A DNA stretch of 64,000 bases from Escherichia phage SUT_E420. The notes under the pieces are model-generated. The model was not told where the DNA came from and ran no database searches. It saw nothing but the letters and a program-made list of their open reading frames with translations. Each line of letters starts with the position of its first letter. Within the stretch, counting starts at the first letter, position 1. The position numbers and the translations under genes are program-made. Location: sequence record OQ990039. One strand, 5' to 3'. Positions 42,985 to 52,123 of the stretch are shown here, one piece after another.

Positions 42985-44139
42985 ATGAGAATATTATTTA
43001 GTGCTGATCATCATATCAAACTAGGACAAGATAAAGTTCCAAAGGAATGGCAGAAGCGTCGCTTCCTGATGCTAGGAGAACGGTTAAATGATATATTCCA
43101 TAATCATAACTGTGATCTTCATATTGCTGGTGGTGATATACTTGATGTTGCCGACCCGTCGTCAGAAGAAATAGAACTGCTTGAACAGTTCATGTCAAGA
43201 CTTGACCATCCAGGCAAAATCTTTACTGGAAATCATGAAATGTTAACGAAAACCATTTCATGTCTATATCATTATGCAGGAGTTATTAATAAAGTAACGA
43301 GTGGTAAGTGGGAAGTAATTACCAAACCATATCGTTCCCCTGAATTTGATATTGTTCCATATGACGAAATCCATAAATCTAAGTGGAAACCATCTGAATC
43401 AAAACTATGTTTCACGCATGTTCGTGGTGAAATCCCTCCACATGTAAAACCAGANNNNNNNNNNNNNNNNNNNNNNNNNNNNNNNNNNNNNNNNNNNNNN
43501 NNNNNNNNNNNNNNNNNNNNNNNNNNNNNNNNNNNNNNNNNNNNNNNNNNNNNNTCTAAGTGGAAACCATCTGAATCAAAACTATGTTTCACGCATGTTC
43601 GTGGTGAAATCCCTCCACATGTAAAACCAGAAATTGATCTAACTAAGTACAACTGTTATGATACTGTAATTGCTGGCGATTTACATTCTTATACTAATAG
43701 CCAGACTATCGGATCTACTAGACTCCTCTACCCAGGGTCTCCATTAACTACATCGTTCCATAGAGAACGCACAAAAGGTACAAATGGTTGCTTTATCGTT
43801 GATACCGACACATTAAAAGTAGAATGGATTGAACTCGGTGATTTACCACAACTGATTCGTAAAACAATCGGAGCTGGTGAAGAGATGGAACCTAGTGATT
43901 ATGATCGTGTAGTCTATGAAGTTACTGGTGACGTTGTTCAATTAAAGTCTATCAAAGACTCTGATTTATTAGATAAGAAGATTAACCATCGAGTTACTAA
44001 AGACGCTAAGTTAAATCTTGTTGATCTTGATATGTTAGGCGAACTTGAACTTTACTTCCGTGAAGTTGAGAAGCTATCTCAAGGCGACATTGATAGAATC
44101 TTGGCTAGAGCTGCGAAATATGTCAAAGATTACAATTAA
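42985..44139 (+). CDS. SbcD/Mre11-like nuclease (T5 D12-like)
   Basis: Calcineurin-like phosphoesterase motifs (ILFSADHH, GGDILD, FTGNHE); ORF contains the duplication artefact at 43455-43554. Confidence 0.75.
   Translation: MRILFSADHHIKLGQDKVPKEWQKRRFLMLGERLNDIFHNHNCDLHIAGGDILDVADPSSEEIELLEQFMSRLDHPGKIFTGNHEMLTKTISCLYHYAGVINKVTSGKWEVITKPYRSPEFDIVPYDEIHKSKWKPSESKLCFTHVRGEIPPHVKPXXXXXXXXXXXXXXXXXXXXXXXXXXXXXXXXXXSKWKPSESKLCFTHVRGEIPPHVKPEIDLTKYNCYDTVIAGDLHSYTNSQTIGSTRLLYPGSPLTTSFHRERTKGTNGCFIVDTDTLKVEWIELGDLPQLIRKTIGAGEEMEPSDYDRVVYEVTGDVVQLKSIKDSDLLDKKINHRVTKDAKLNLVDLDMLGELELYFREVEKLSQGDIDRILARAAKYVKDYN
43455..43554. other. assembly gap (100 N) flanked by identical 77-bp copies
   Basis: 43378-43454 is identical to 43555-43631. 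Confidence 0.85.
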
Positions 44140-46489
44140 GACACTAAAATTTAGTAACGTTATGTCTTACGGTAAGGACATCGTAATTCATNNNNNNNNN
44201 NNNNNNNNNNNNNNNNNNNNNNNNNNNNNNNNNNNNNNNNNNNNNNNNNNNNNNNNNNNNNNNNNNNNNNNNNNNNNNNNNNNNNNNNNNNGAAATATGT
44301 CAAAGATTACAATTAAGACACTAAAATTTAGTAACGTTATGTCTTACGGTAAGGACATCGTAATTCATCTCGATAAGAATCCCGTTACTCAACTAATCGG
44401 GGGCAATGGGCTAGGGAAATCTACAATTGCTACTGTTATTGAAGAACTATTCTATAATAAGAACTCACGCGGTATTAAGAAAGATGCTCTGTTCTCTTGG
44501 TCTTCTCCGAAAAAAGAATACGATATGCACGCTTATTTCTCGAAAGATGAGGATGAGTATGAACTGCATAAAGTAGTTAAGTCAACTGCTAAAGTAACTC
44601 TTATTAAGAATGGGGAAGATATTAGTGGACACACGGCAACCCAAACATACAAGATGATTGAAGAAATTATGGGTGGTGACTTCCAAACATTCACCAAACT
44701 GATTTATCAATCGGTGGGCTCCAATCTAGACTTTCTAAAAGCAACGGATGCAACACGTAAGGCTTTTCTTGTTAACTTGTTCAATCAAGAACAGTATAAA
44801 GAAATGTCAGAAACTATTAAGGCNNNNNNNNNNNNNNNNNNNNNNNNNNNNNNNNNNNNNNNNNNNNNNNNNNNNNNNNNNNNNNNNNNNNNNNNNNNNN
44901 NNNNNNNNNNNNNNNNNNNNNNNGATGCAACACGTAAGGCTTTTCTTGTTAACTTGTTCAATCAAGAACAGTATAAAGAAATGTCAGAAACTATTAAGGC
45001 TGACCGTAAAGAAATAGCAAATACCTTAAACAATTTGCAAGGCCAAATGGCTGTAATTACGAAAATCCTTAATGGAAAGAATAATCTAGGAACTCTACAG
45101 GAACCTGTAGAAGTACCGGAGTTTGATGAAGAACCATTAGCACAAGAACTTACTGAATCGAAAATTAAGGCGGCATTAGCCAAGTCTCAAGAGGCTAATA
45201 TTACTAAATTGCGTAATTTGGACAAAGCTGTACAAGTTGCCGAACAATCTTTCGAACCTTTCAAAAATTTACCCGCGCCCACCGACCAAAACGAAGAGAT
45301 CTCAAGTGTTACGCGTGACCTAACGATTGTGACCTCACGTGCTGGTGAAGTTAAGAAACGTTATCAGAAGTTCAAGCAAGAGGCTTCAAATACTGAATGT
45401 CCTACTTGTGGTACTCATCTGGATACAACTGCCGCTCAAAAAGCAATGGATATGGCTAGAACAGAATATGATCCTCTGTTCAAAGAGAAGCAATCTCTTG
45501 AAGCTAAGCTAGAACAGTTGAGGAAAGAACAACTTGAGTACGTTGCGTATATTAGAGCAAAGGATGCCTTGGATAAAGCAGTGGTAGCTAGGGACGAGTT
45601 CAAAAATTCAATGAGTGATGCTTCTTTTGAAGAACTCAATGTGCAAATCCTACAGGTGCAAATCCGACAATTAGAACAGGAAATCGCTGATGGNNNNNNN
45701 NNNNNNNNNNNNNNNNNNNNNNNNNNNNNNNNNNNNNNNNNNNNNNNNNNNNNNNNNNNNNNNNNNNNNNNNNNNNNNNNNNNNNNNNNNNNNGATGCTT
45801 CTTTTGAAGAACTCAATGTGCAAATCCTACAGGTGCAAATCCGACAATTAGAACAGGAAATCGCTGATGGACGTTCTAAGGTTGCAATTGCCAAAGAGCA
45901 TAATGCAAATGTCGAATTAGCCAATGCAAAATATAAAGCGAAACTAGAACAGATTGAGAAAGCTGAAGCAGAAATGTCCGAGATTACTTCCAAATTAAAT
46001 GAAGTATCAGAAGCTGTTGCTGATCTCGATATTCTGATTGCTGCATTGAAGAATTTAGTAGGATATAAACTAGAGCATAGTGTGAAAGTATTTGAAGAAC
46101 TAATTAATAAATACCTTTCTATTATGACTGGCGGTAAATTCGCACTTGGATTTGAACTTGATGAAACAAAATTACAAGTAGTAATCTTCAATGATGGAAA
46201 TCGTACCAGTATGGAGAACTGCTCTACTGGTCAACAGAGTCGAATTAACCTAGCAACCCTGTTAGCTATTCGGATGCTGTTAACATCTATTAGTAAAGTT
46301 AATATTAATCTTCTATTCCTTGATGAAGTAATTAGCTTTATTGATACGAAAGGACTTGACACTCTTGTTGAATTATTAAACGAGGAAGAAAGTCTAAATT
46401 CTATCATTGTTTCTCATGGGCATACGCATCCACTAGCTCATAAGATTACTGTCAAAAAAGATGCAGAAGGATTTTCCTACTTAGAATAA
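44119..46489 (+). CDS. SbcC/Rad50-like ATPase (T5 D13-like)
   Basis: Start at MSKITIKTLKF; Walker A GGNGLGKST, long central coiled coil, C-terminal signature/Walker B region (LLFLDEV); three duplication artefacts inflate the track ORF by about 177 aa. Confidence 0.7.
44192..44291. other. assembly gap (100 N) flanked by identical 77-bp copies
   Basis: 44115-44191 is identical to 44292-44368. Confidence 0.85.
44824..44923. other. assembly gap (100 N) flanked by identical 77-bp copies
   Basis: 44747-44823 is identical to 44924-45000. Confidence 0.85.
45694..45793. other. assembly gap (100 N) flanked by identical 77-bp copies
   Basis: 45617-45693 is identical to 45794-45870. Confidence 0.85.
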
Positions 46490-46492
46490 AAC

Positions 46493-47152
46493 ATGGCTGT
46501 AGATAGTAGAGAGAAAGGTAAACGTGGTGAATATCAGGTAAGAGATATTCTACGTGAGCGTACAGGTCTTGAGTGGGAACGTGTTCCTGGCTCTGGTGCT
46601 TTTGGCCAGAGCCACGGACTGAAAGGTGACATCTACCTTCCACCACAAAGCGGACACATTAGTAAATACTGCTTCGAAGTTAAGTGGTANNNNNNNNNNN
46701 NNNNNNNNNNNNNNNNNNNNNNNNNNNNNNNNNNNNNNNNNNNNNNNNNNNNNNNNNNNNNNNNNNNNNNNNNNNNNNNNNNNNNNNNNCACGGACTGAA
46801 AGGTGACATCTACCTTCCACCACAAAGCGGACACATTAGTAAATACTGCTTCGAAGTTAAGTGGTATAAAGATGATAATATATCAAGTAATTTATTTAAT
46901 GTTGGTGAATCCACTCTAGAGAAGTGGTGGCAGCAGTGCTCACGTGAAGGTGAGCAGATGAACTCCAAACCTGCATTAATATTCAAAAAAGACAGAGGAC
47001 AGTGGTTAATAGCTTTGGATAGCTCAGACCCAATGGTTGACAACTTAATGAGTCGTACCCATATGGTGTTAAATAAGAAAGACATGGAAATCGTAATTGG
47101 TTTATTTGAACCGTGGCTACATCATGCATCTGTTGAGGACTTAATTAAATAA
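46493..47152 (+). CDS. PD-(D/E)xK-type nuclease-like protein (T5 D14-like)
   Basis: GDIY...FEVKW resembles a PD-(D/E)xK core; contains one duplication artefact (true length about 160 aa). Confidence 0.45.
   Translation: MAVDSREKGKRGEYQVRDILRERTGLEWERVPGSGAFGQSHGLKGDIYLPPQSGHISKYCFEVKWXXXXXXXXXXXXXXXXXXXXXXXXXXXXXXXXXXHGLKGDIYLPPQSGHISKYCFEVKWYKDDNISSNLFNVGESTLEKWWQQCSREGEQMNSKPALIFKKDRGQWLIALDSSDPMVDNLMSRTHMVLNKKDMEIVIGLFEPWLHHASVEDLIK
46690..46789. other. assembly gap (100 N) flanked by identical 77-bp copies
   Basis: 46613-46689 is identical to 46790-46866. Confidence 0.85.
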
Positions 47153-48204
47153 TGAGTAAATCCTGGGGAAAATTTATTGAAGAAGAGGAAGCTGAAATGG
47201 CTTCCCGTCGTAACCTAATGATTGTCGATGGAACTAACTTAGGCTTTCGCTTCAAACATAANNNNNNNNNNNNNNNNNNNNNNNNNNNNNNNNNNNNNNN
47301 NNNNNNNNNNNNNNNNNNNNNNNNNNNNNNNNNNNNNNNNNNNNNNNNNNNNNNNNNNNNNGAGGAAGCTGAAATGGCTTCCCGTCGTAACCTAATGATT
47401 GTCGATGGAACTAACTTAGGCTTTCGCTTCAAACATAACAACAGTAAAAAACCATTTGCCTCAAGTTATGTTTCCACTATTCAGTCTCTAGCAAAATCTT
47501 ATTCTGCTAGAACTACAATAGTTTTAGGAGATAAGGGGAAGTCTGCATTCCGCTTAGAGCATTTACCTGAGTATAAGGGTAATCGAGATGAGAAATACTC
47601 TCAGCGTACGGAAGAGGAGAAAGCGTTAGATGAGCAGTTCTTCGAGTATTTGAAAGATGCTTTCGAGTTATGTGAAACTACATTCCCAACTTTCACTATT
47701 CGGGGTGTAGAAGCAGATGATATGGCAGCTTATATTGTTAAACTGATCGGGCATCTATATGATCACGTTTGGCTGATTTCTACTGATGGTGACTGGGATA
47801 CTTTATTAACTGATAAAGTATCTCGCTTCTCTTTCACAACACGTCGTGAATACCATCTTCGTGATATGTATGAGCATCATAATGTTGACGATGTAGAGCA
47901 GTTTATCTCCCTGAAAGCAATTATGGGTGATTTAGGGGATAATATCCGAGGTGTTGAAGGTATTGGGGCAAAGCGCGGGTATAATATTATTCGTGAATTT
48001 GGTAACGTTCTGGATATTATTGATCAGCTTCCACTGCCTGGAAAACAGAAATATATACAGAATTTAAATGCTTCGGAAGAATTGCTTTATCGAAACCTAA
48101 TTCTGGTTGATTTACCTACCTACTGTGTGGATGCTATTGCTGCTGTAGGTCAAGATGTATTAGATAAATTTACAAAAGATATTTTGGAGATTGCAGAACA
48201 ATGA
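47152..48204 (+). CDS. flap endonuclease / 5'-3' exonuclease (T5 D15-like)
   Basis: After removing the duplication artefact the product is 291 aa; N-terminus MSKSWGKFIEEEEAEMASRRNLMIVDGTNLGFRFKH matches T5 exonuclease as recalled; acidic active-site clusters (VEADD, STDGDWD). Confidence 0.9.
   Translation: MSKSWGKFIEEEEAEMASRRNLMIVDGTNLGFRFKHXXXXXXXXXXXXXXXXXXXXXXXXXXXXXXXXXXEEAEMASRRNLMIVDGTNLGFRFKHNNSKKPFASSYVSTIQSLAKSYSARTTIVLGDKGKSAFRLEHLPEYKGNRDEKYSQRTEEEKALDEQFFEYLKDAFELCETTFPTFTIRGVEADDMAAYIVKLIGHLYDHVWLISTDGDWDTLLTDKVSRFSFTTRREYHLRDMYEHHNVDDVEQFISLKAIMGDLGDNIRGVEGIGAKRGYNIIREFGNVLDIIDQLPLPGKQKYIQNLNASEELLYRNLILVDLPTYCVDAIAAVGQDVLDKFTKDILEIAEQ
47262..47361. other. assembly gap (100 N) flanked by identical 77-bp copies
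   Basis: 47185-47261 is identical to 47362-47438. Confidence 0.85.
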
Positions 48205-48647
48205 TTAAAATTAAATTAACTCATCCAGATTGTATGCCTAAGATTGGTTCCGAAGATGCCGCAGGTATGGATCTGCGAGCATTCTTTGGTACTAATCCTG
48301 CCGCAGACTTACGCGCTATTGCACCAGGCAAATCTCTTATGATTGACACCGGTGTCGCGGTAGAAATTCCGCGAGGTTGGTTCGGTTTGGTAGTTCCTCG
48401 TAGTTCTTTAGGTAAACGCCATTTGATGATTGCAAATACCGCAGGAGTGATTGACTCAGACTATCGTGGAACTATTAAGATGAATCTGTTTAACTACGGT
48501 TCTGAAATTCAAACTCTGGAGAATTTTGAAAGACTTTGTCAGCTAGTAGTAGTACCACACTACTCAACTCATAATTTTGAAATCGTTGACGAACTAGGGG
48601 AGACTGATCGTGGGGAAGGTGGATTTGGAAGTTCAGGAAGCAAATAA
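48201..48647 (+). CDS. dut: dUTP diphosphatase
   Basis: 148 aa; dUTPase motifs (AAGMDLRA, GVIDSDYRG) and C-terminal Gly-rich tail. Confidence 0.85.
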   Translation: MIKIKLTHPDCMPKIGSEDAAGMDLRAFFGTNPAADLRAIAPGKSLMIDTGVAVEIPRGWFGLVVPRSSLGKRHLMIANTAGVIDSDYRGTIKMNLFNYGSEIQTLENFERLCQLVVVPHYSTHNFEIVDELGETDRGEGGFGSSGSK

Positions 48648-48873
48648 TTTTACTGATCCTAATATGATAGGTATTGATACTAATATGTTAACTTATCAGA
48701 TTAAAACTGCTGAACCAGAAACGTTTGTGCTAAAAACAGATAAAGAAGGTAATGTTACTTTCTGGGACCCTGAAGGTTTTGTAGAGCTTTGTACTAATAC
48801 GGATAATGAGCATTTAAAACTACTATTAGCTATTTATAATCTTGGTATTATAGAAGGTTGTAGAAGCAAGTAA
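48610..48873 (+). CDS. hypothetical protein (87 aa)
   Basis: ORF overlapping the dut end; last gene of the rightward block. Confidence 0.3.
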   Translation: MGKVDLEVQEANNFTDPNMIGIDTNMLTYQIKTAEPETFVLKTDKEGNVTFWDPEGFVELCTNTDNEHLKLLLAIYNLGIIEGCRSK

Positions 48874-48881
48874 TAGAAAAA

Positions 48882-48914
48882 CCCCGGTGGATTTTGTCCA
48901 CCGGGGTTTCTTTG
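48882..48914. terminator. bidirectional rho-independent terminator
   Basis: 10-bp stem CCCCGGTGGA/TCCACCGGGG with A-run upstream and T-run downstream, between the convergent dut block and the tail-fibre gene. Confidence 0.7.
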
Positions 48915-48929
48915 TACTATGTATATGTA

Positions 48930-51698
48930 CTATGAGTTATCTGGCTTAATAAGCTCGCTAACAAGTTTCTTCAGTTCGGTTAATTCTTGCTCAAGTTTGT
49001 TAACTTTATCAGCTTGATAACGAAATGCGCAAGCTAGATCTGCCATAATGACGTTGTTATCAAGTGCTAATGTGTCATCTGCTTTGTCAACAACAATTTG
49101 GCGGTCTACATATTCTTCACCGTCATCGTTAACACCTATAACATCTGCAAAAATATCTCCACCAGGAATTAATTTTACATATTCCGGGTCTATTTTTAGA
49201 AGGTCTTGGGCTATTAAGCCAAATCGCTGTATGTTGCTTCCATTGTATTTAAACATTGTCGGAAGCCACTGCATAACGCGATCATAGCTTTCTTTTCCAT
49301 CTGTATAGATTATATCGTGCTTTAAATCTCTGTCAGAGTTAGCGGCCTTTTGAAAAATGAAGTTTCCATTTGATGACCATGTGGTTATATCGTTTGAGGC
49401 TGGTTGAAACTGGAAGTTACAGAAAAAATTACCATCACCACGAAGTCTTAACGAGCAAAAAGGCCAAGCATTATTTCCCTGTGGGATAAGACCCCAAGTT
49501 GCACGAATTGGATAACCACCAGTTGATTGTGTACCCCATGAAAGGCCAGGCGCCCATCCACCATCATTGTTAGGAATAATCTCGCCCCAAACAAGAGCAT
49601 TACCCCAATAGTTAGGATCATCCCAGCCCATTTGTTGGGTTTTGCCAGTGTATTGAGCAGAATGAGTTCTGCCGTCAGGGTAAAACTTGTGCATATAGGA
49701 CTGTATCCCTGCTTGATACAATTCTATTCCAAAAGATTCAACGTGTGTGTCGCCTCTTCTGATTAAACCAGCGATAGCGTAATCGTCATACCAGTTGTAA
49801 CGACTTACACCAGTCCATGTGTTTATTGGTGGATTCATGATTGAGAATAGTTGTGACGCATTGCGTTCATTCCCGTCTGCATAAATACCAGCCCCAGGAG
49901 CTAAGGAAATACTTTTCGCTCCCGAAAAAGTACCATTTTCATTAAACTGATAATACTGTGCTAACCCATTATGAAATACGCCTATTGTATGCTTTCCTAC
50001 GCCTACTTGAGTCTCAAAATACGACTGAGAAGAACCAATATCTTCGCCTTGGGTATTCTTTAGTTTTGAATGGTATATACCTGCGTTTGCAGTAACTGCA
50101 TTTTCCGTTTCATTTTCAACATTAAGACTAAGGAACTTTGGCGCATGTTTCTCACCAAGCCCTATATTATTTCTGATACCATTCGCATCCTTAGCACCTG
50201 TACCACCAAATTGAATACCTAGTGGTAGCCATTGATCGGTGGTAGCATCATAAACGCCCCAATGATCCCCGTCAGCTGGAATGGTTAGATACTTGTTTTT
50301 ATTTGGAGAATATAAAACTGTTTCTACAGAATTCTGAAACAGCCTATCAACTCCTAAATTATATCTAGCACCTTCAGGAGTATCTGCTCCTGTACCCCCA
50401 GCCGCAGTTGATAATGGAAGAGTTTCCCATGAAATTCCGTCACCTGTTGCATTTCTCTGAAGTACAATAAGACCATCATCTCTAATAACAAATCTATATA
50501 ATCTATTATGTGAATATAAAAAAGTATGAACCCCATCTTGCACAAGTGAGTCTATAAGGAGTGTCTGACGAGAAGCATTGATATCCAACAGATCTGAAAG
50601 ATTATTTTCTTTTAATAACGATTTACTAATGATACCTTCAGCTTTTCCAGCAGCCACTTCCGCGCGCCCAGCGTCTGTAGATGCGCTTTGTGCGCTACCA
50701 GCAGCATTGCTAGCTTGTTGTCCTGCTTCGATAGCGCTATTGCTTGCTTGTGCAGCGGAAGCAGCAGCAGCATCTTTTAGCGTGGTAGTTTCGGACACAG
50801 CAGCGTCCTTAATTCCCTGTGTGTCTATTTTTAGCTGCTCAACGTCTGATTTTAAAGCTACTGTCTCTGCTACTGCAGTATCCTTAATACCTTGTGTATC
50901 TATTTTTAGCTGTTCAACATCTGATTTTAAGCCTTGAATAGTAGTTACTGATTGGCTAGCTGAGGCTGCGGAATGGGCTGCATTGGTTTCACTAGTTTTT
51001 GCATTGGTTTCACTAGTTTTTGCATTGGTTTCACTAGCTTTTGCATTAGTTTCCGAGGTTTTTGCAGCGGATGCTGATGCGGCGGCTTGTGCAGAGAATA
51101 TTTCTGCCCCATCTCTATAGCCTTTAGAATCCGAAGCAGAAGCAGCAGCATTAGTTTCACTAGCCTTTGCCTTATCTTCACTAGTCTTTGCTGCAATAGC
51201 AGAAGCAGCAGCATTAGTTTCACTAGCCTTTGCCTTATCTTCGCTAGCCTTTGCATTAGTCTCACTAGTTTTTGCGTTAGTCTCACTAGTTTTTGCATTA
51301 GTTTCACTAGCCTTTGCCTTATCTTCGCTAGTTTTAGCATTAGTCTCAGATATTTTAGCTGCAGCTGCTGATTCCTCCGATTTAGTAGCTGATGCAGCAG
51401 ATTGAGTAGCAGATGTAGCGGACTGAGTGGCAGAGGCTTCAGAAGCTCCAGCAGAAATAGCAGCTTCCTGTTCAGAGTTCTTAGCATTAAGCTCCGAAGT
51501 TTTAGCCGCTATCTCAGAATCTTTTGCAGCTGCAGCAGACTTAGCTGCAGCCTCAATAGAAGATACTAACTCACTTGCAGTAATAGAGCTAATAGAATTA
51601 CCTAGAGTTACTGTATATCTAGGAAACTTACTAGCAGTAGCTTTAGTATCATCAATATTTAATATTTGTTGTACAATAATTTTAGTAGTTACTGCCAT
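48930..51698 (-). CDS. L-shaped tail fibre protein (pb1/Ltf-like) with C-terminal intramolecular chaperone domain
   Basis: 922 aa; N-terminal Ala/Ser/Thr-rich heptad repeats (KTSETNA/KASEDKA); C-terminal region (DLKHDIIYTDGKESYDRVMQWLP...GLIAQDL) resembles the self-cleaving chaperone of tail fibres. Confidence 0.7.
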   Translation of the reverse strand: MAVTTKIIVQQILNIDDTKATASKFPRYTVTLGNSISSITASELVSSIEAAAKSAAAAKDSEIAAKTSELNAKNSEQEAAISAGASEASATQSATSATQSAASATKSEESAAAAKISETNAKTSEDKAKASETNAKTSETNAKTSETNAKASEDKAKASETNAAASAIAAKTSEDKAKASETNAAASASDSKGYRDGAEIFSAQAAASASAAKTSETNAKASETNAKTSETNAKTSETNAAHSAASASQSVTTIQGLKSDVEQLKIDTQGIKDTAVAETVALKSDVEQLKIDTQGIKDAAVSETTTLKDAAAASAAQASNSAIEAGQQASNAAGSAQSASTDAGRAEVAAGKAEGIISKSLLKENNLSDLLDINASRQTLLIDSLVQDGVHTFLYSHNRLYRFVIRDDGLIVLQRNATGDGISWETLPLSTAAGGTGADTPEGARYNLGVDRLFQNSVETVLYSPNKNKYLTIPADGDHWGVYDATTDQWLPLGIQFGGTGAKDANGIRNNIGLGEKHAPKFLSLNVENETENAVTANAGIYHSKLKNTQGEDIGSSQSYFETQVGVGKHTIGVFHNGLAQYYQFNENGTFSGAKSISLAPGAGIYADGNERNASQLFSIMNPPINTWTGVSRYNWYDDYAIAGLIRRGDTHVESFGIELYQAGIQSYMHKFYPDGRTHSAQYTGKTQQMGWDDPNYWGNALVWGEIIPNNDGGWAPGLSWGTQSTGGYPIRATWGLIPQGNNAWPFCSLRLRGDGNFFCNFQFQPASNDITTWSSNGNFIFQKAANSDRDLKHDIIYTDGKESYDRVMQWLPTMFKYNGSNIQRFGLIAQDLLKIDPEYVKLIPGGDIFADVIGVNDDGEEYVDRQIVVDKADDTLALDNNVIMADLACAFRYQADKVNKLEQELTELKKLVSELIKPDNS
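50978..51350. repeat. tandem 21-bp/42-bp repeats encoding heptad repeats of the tail-fibre shaft
   Basis: Four near-identical copies of GCATTGGTTTCACTAGTTTTT at 50978-51062 and related 42-bp units to about 51350. Confidence 0.75.
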
Positions 51699-52120
51699 TA
51701 TTTAGTTACCCCATCACTGATAAATACTTTACCCTCCATTATACGAAAGGAGCTAATTGCAGATCCTATAACATCTCTAGTCATAATTATATCATAGTAT
51801 CCTGCGAATCGCTGACGAGGGTTATATTTATCTCTATCTTTAGATGCTCTAGCCCCTATATTTTCCACAGATTCTACTGGCAAACTTATAGCTACAGCCC
51901 CTTGAGCAGCATCAATAATATTAGTAGTAAAGGATGCTAATATCTCCGCATTCTCATCTAGGCTATTTTTTATAGTACCCCTTAGAGAATACCCGGTTAA
52001 GTTAACGGGGGTATTTGTAGGTGGATAAGTACTATCATCAACATCTAAGAACTGCATCATTAAACCATATGGTACTTTCTCATCTATTACTAAATCTATA
52101 ACTCTATTTTCAGTACTCAT
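51698..52120 (-). CDS. tail collar protein (T5 p132-like)
   Basis: 140 aa, between the pb4-like gene and the tail fibre; size and position match T5 p132 from memory. Confidence 0.45.
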   Translation of the reverse strand: MSTENRVIDLVIDEKVPYGLMMQFLDVDDSTYPPTNTPVNLTGYSLRGTIKNSLDENAEILASFTTNIIDAAQGAVAISLPVESVENIGARASKDRDKYNPRQRFAGYYDIIMTRDVIGSAISSFRIMEGKVFISDGVTK

Positions 52121-52123
52121 TAT

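Noticed and set aside
45436-46191. Minus-strand ORF of 251 aa inside the SbcC-like gene, plus similar antisense ORFs inside the helicase and D11-like genes (40228-40738, 41980-42615).
   Set aside because: Antisense to genes with clear ATPase/helicase motifs; partly built from gap-duplicated sequence; Cys/Ser-rich low-complexity translation.
50978-51350. Possible CRISPR array or other non-coding repeat locus.
   Set aside because: The repeats are contiguous with no spacers, lie inside the tail-fibre reading frame and encode heptad repeats; no CRISPR-like arrays elsewhere.
50945-51487. Track ORF of 180 aa (Leu/Lys/Gln-rich) on the minus strand.
   Set aside because: It is an alternative frame of the tandem-repeat region inside the tail-fibre gene; its periodicity is a by-product of the DNA repeats.
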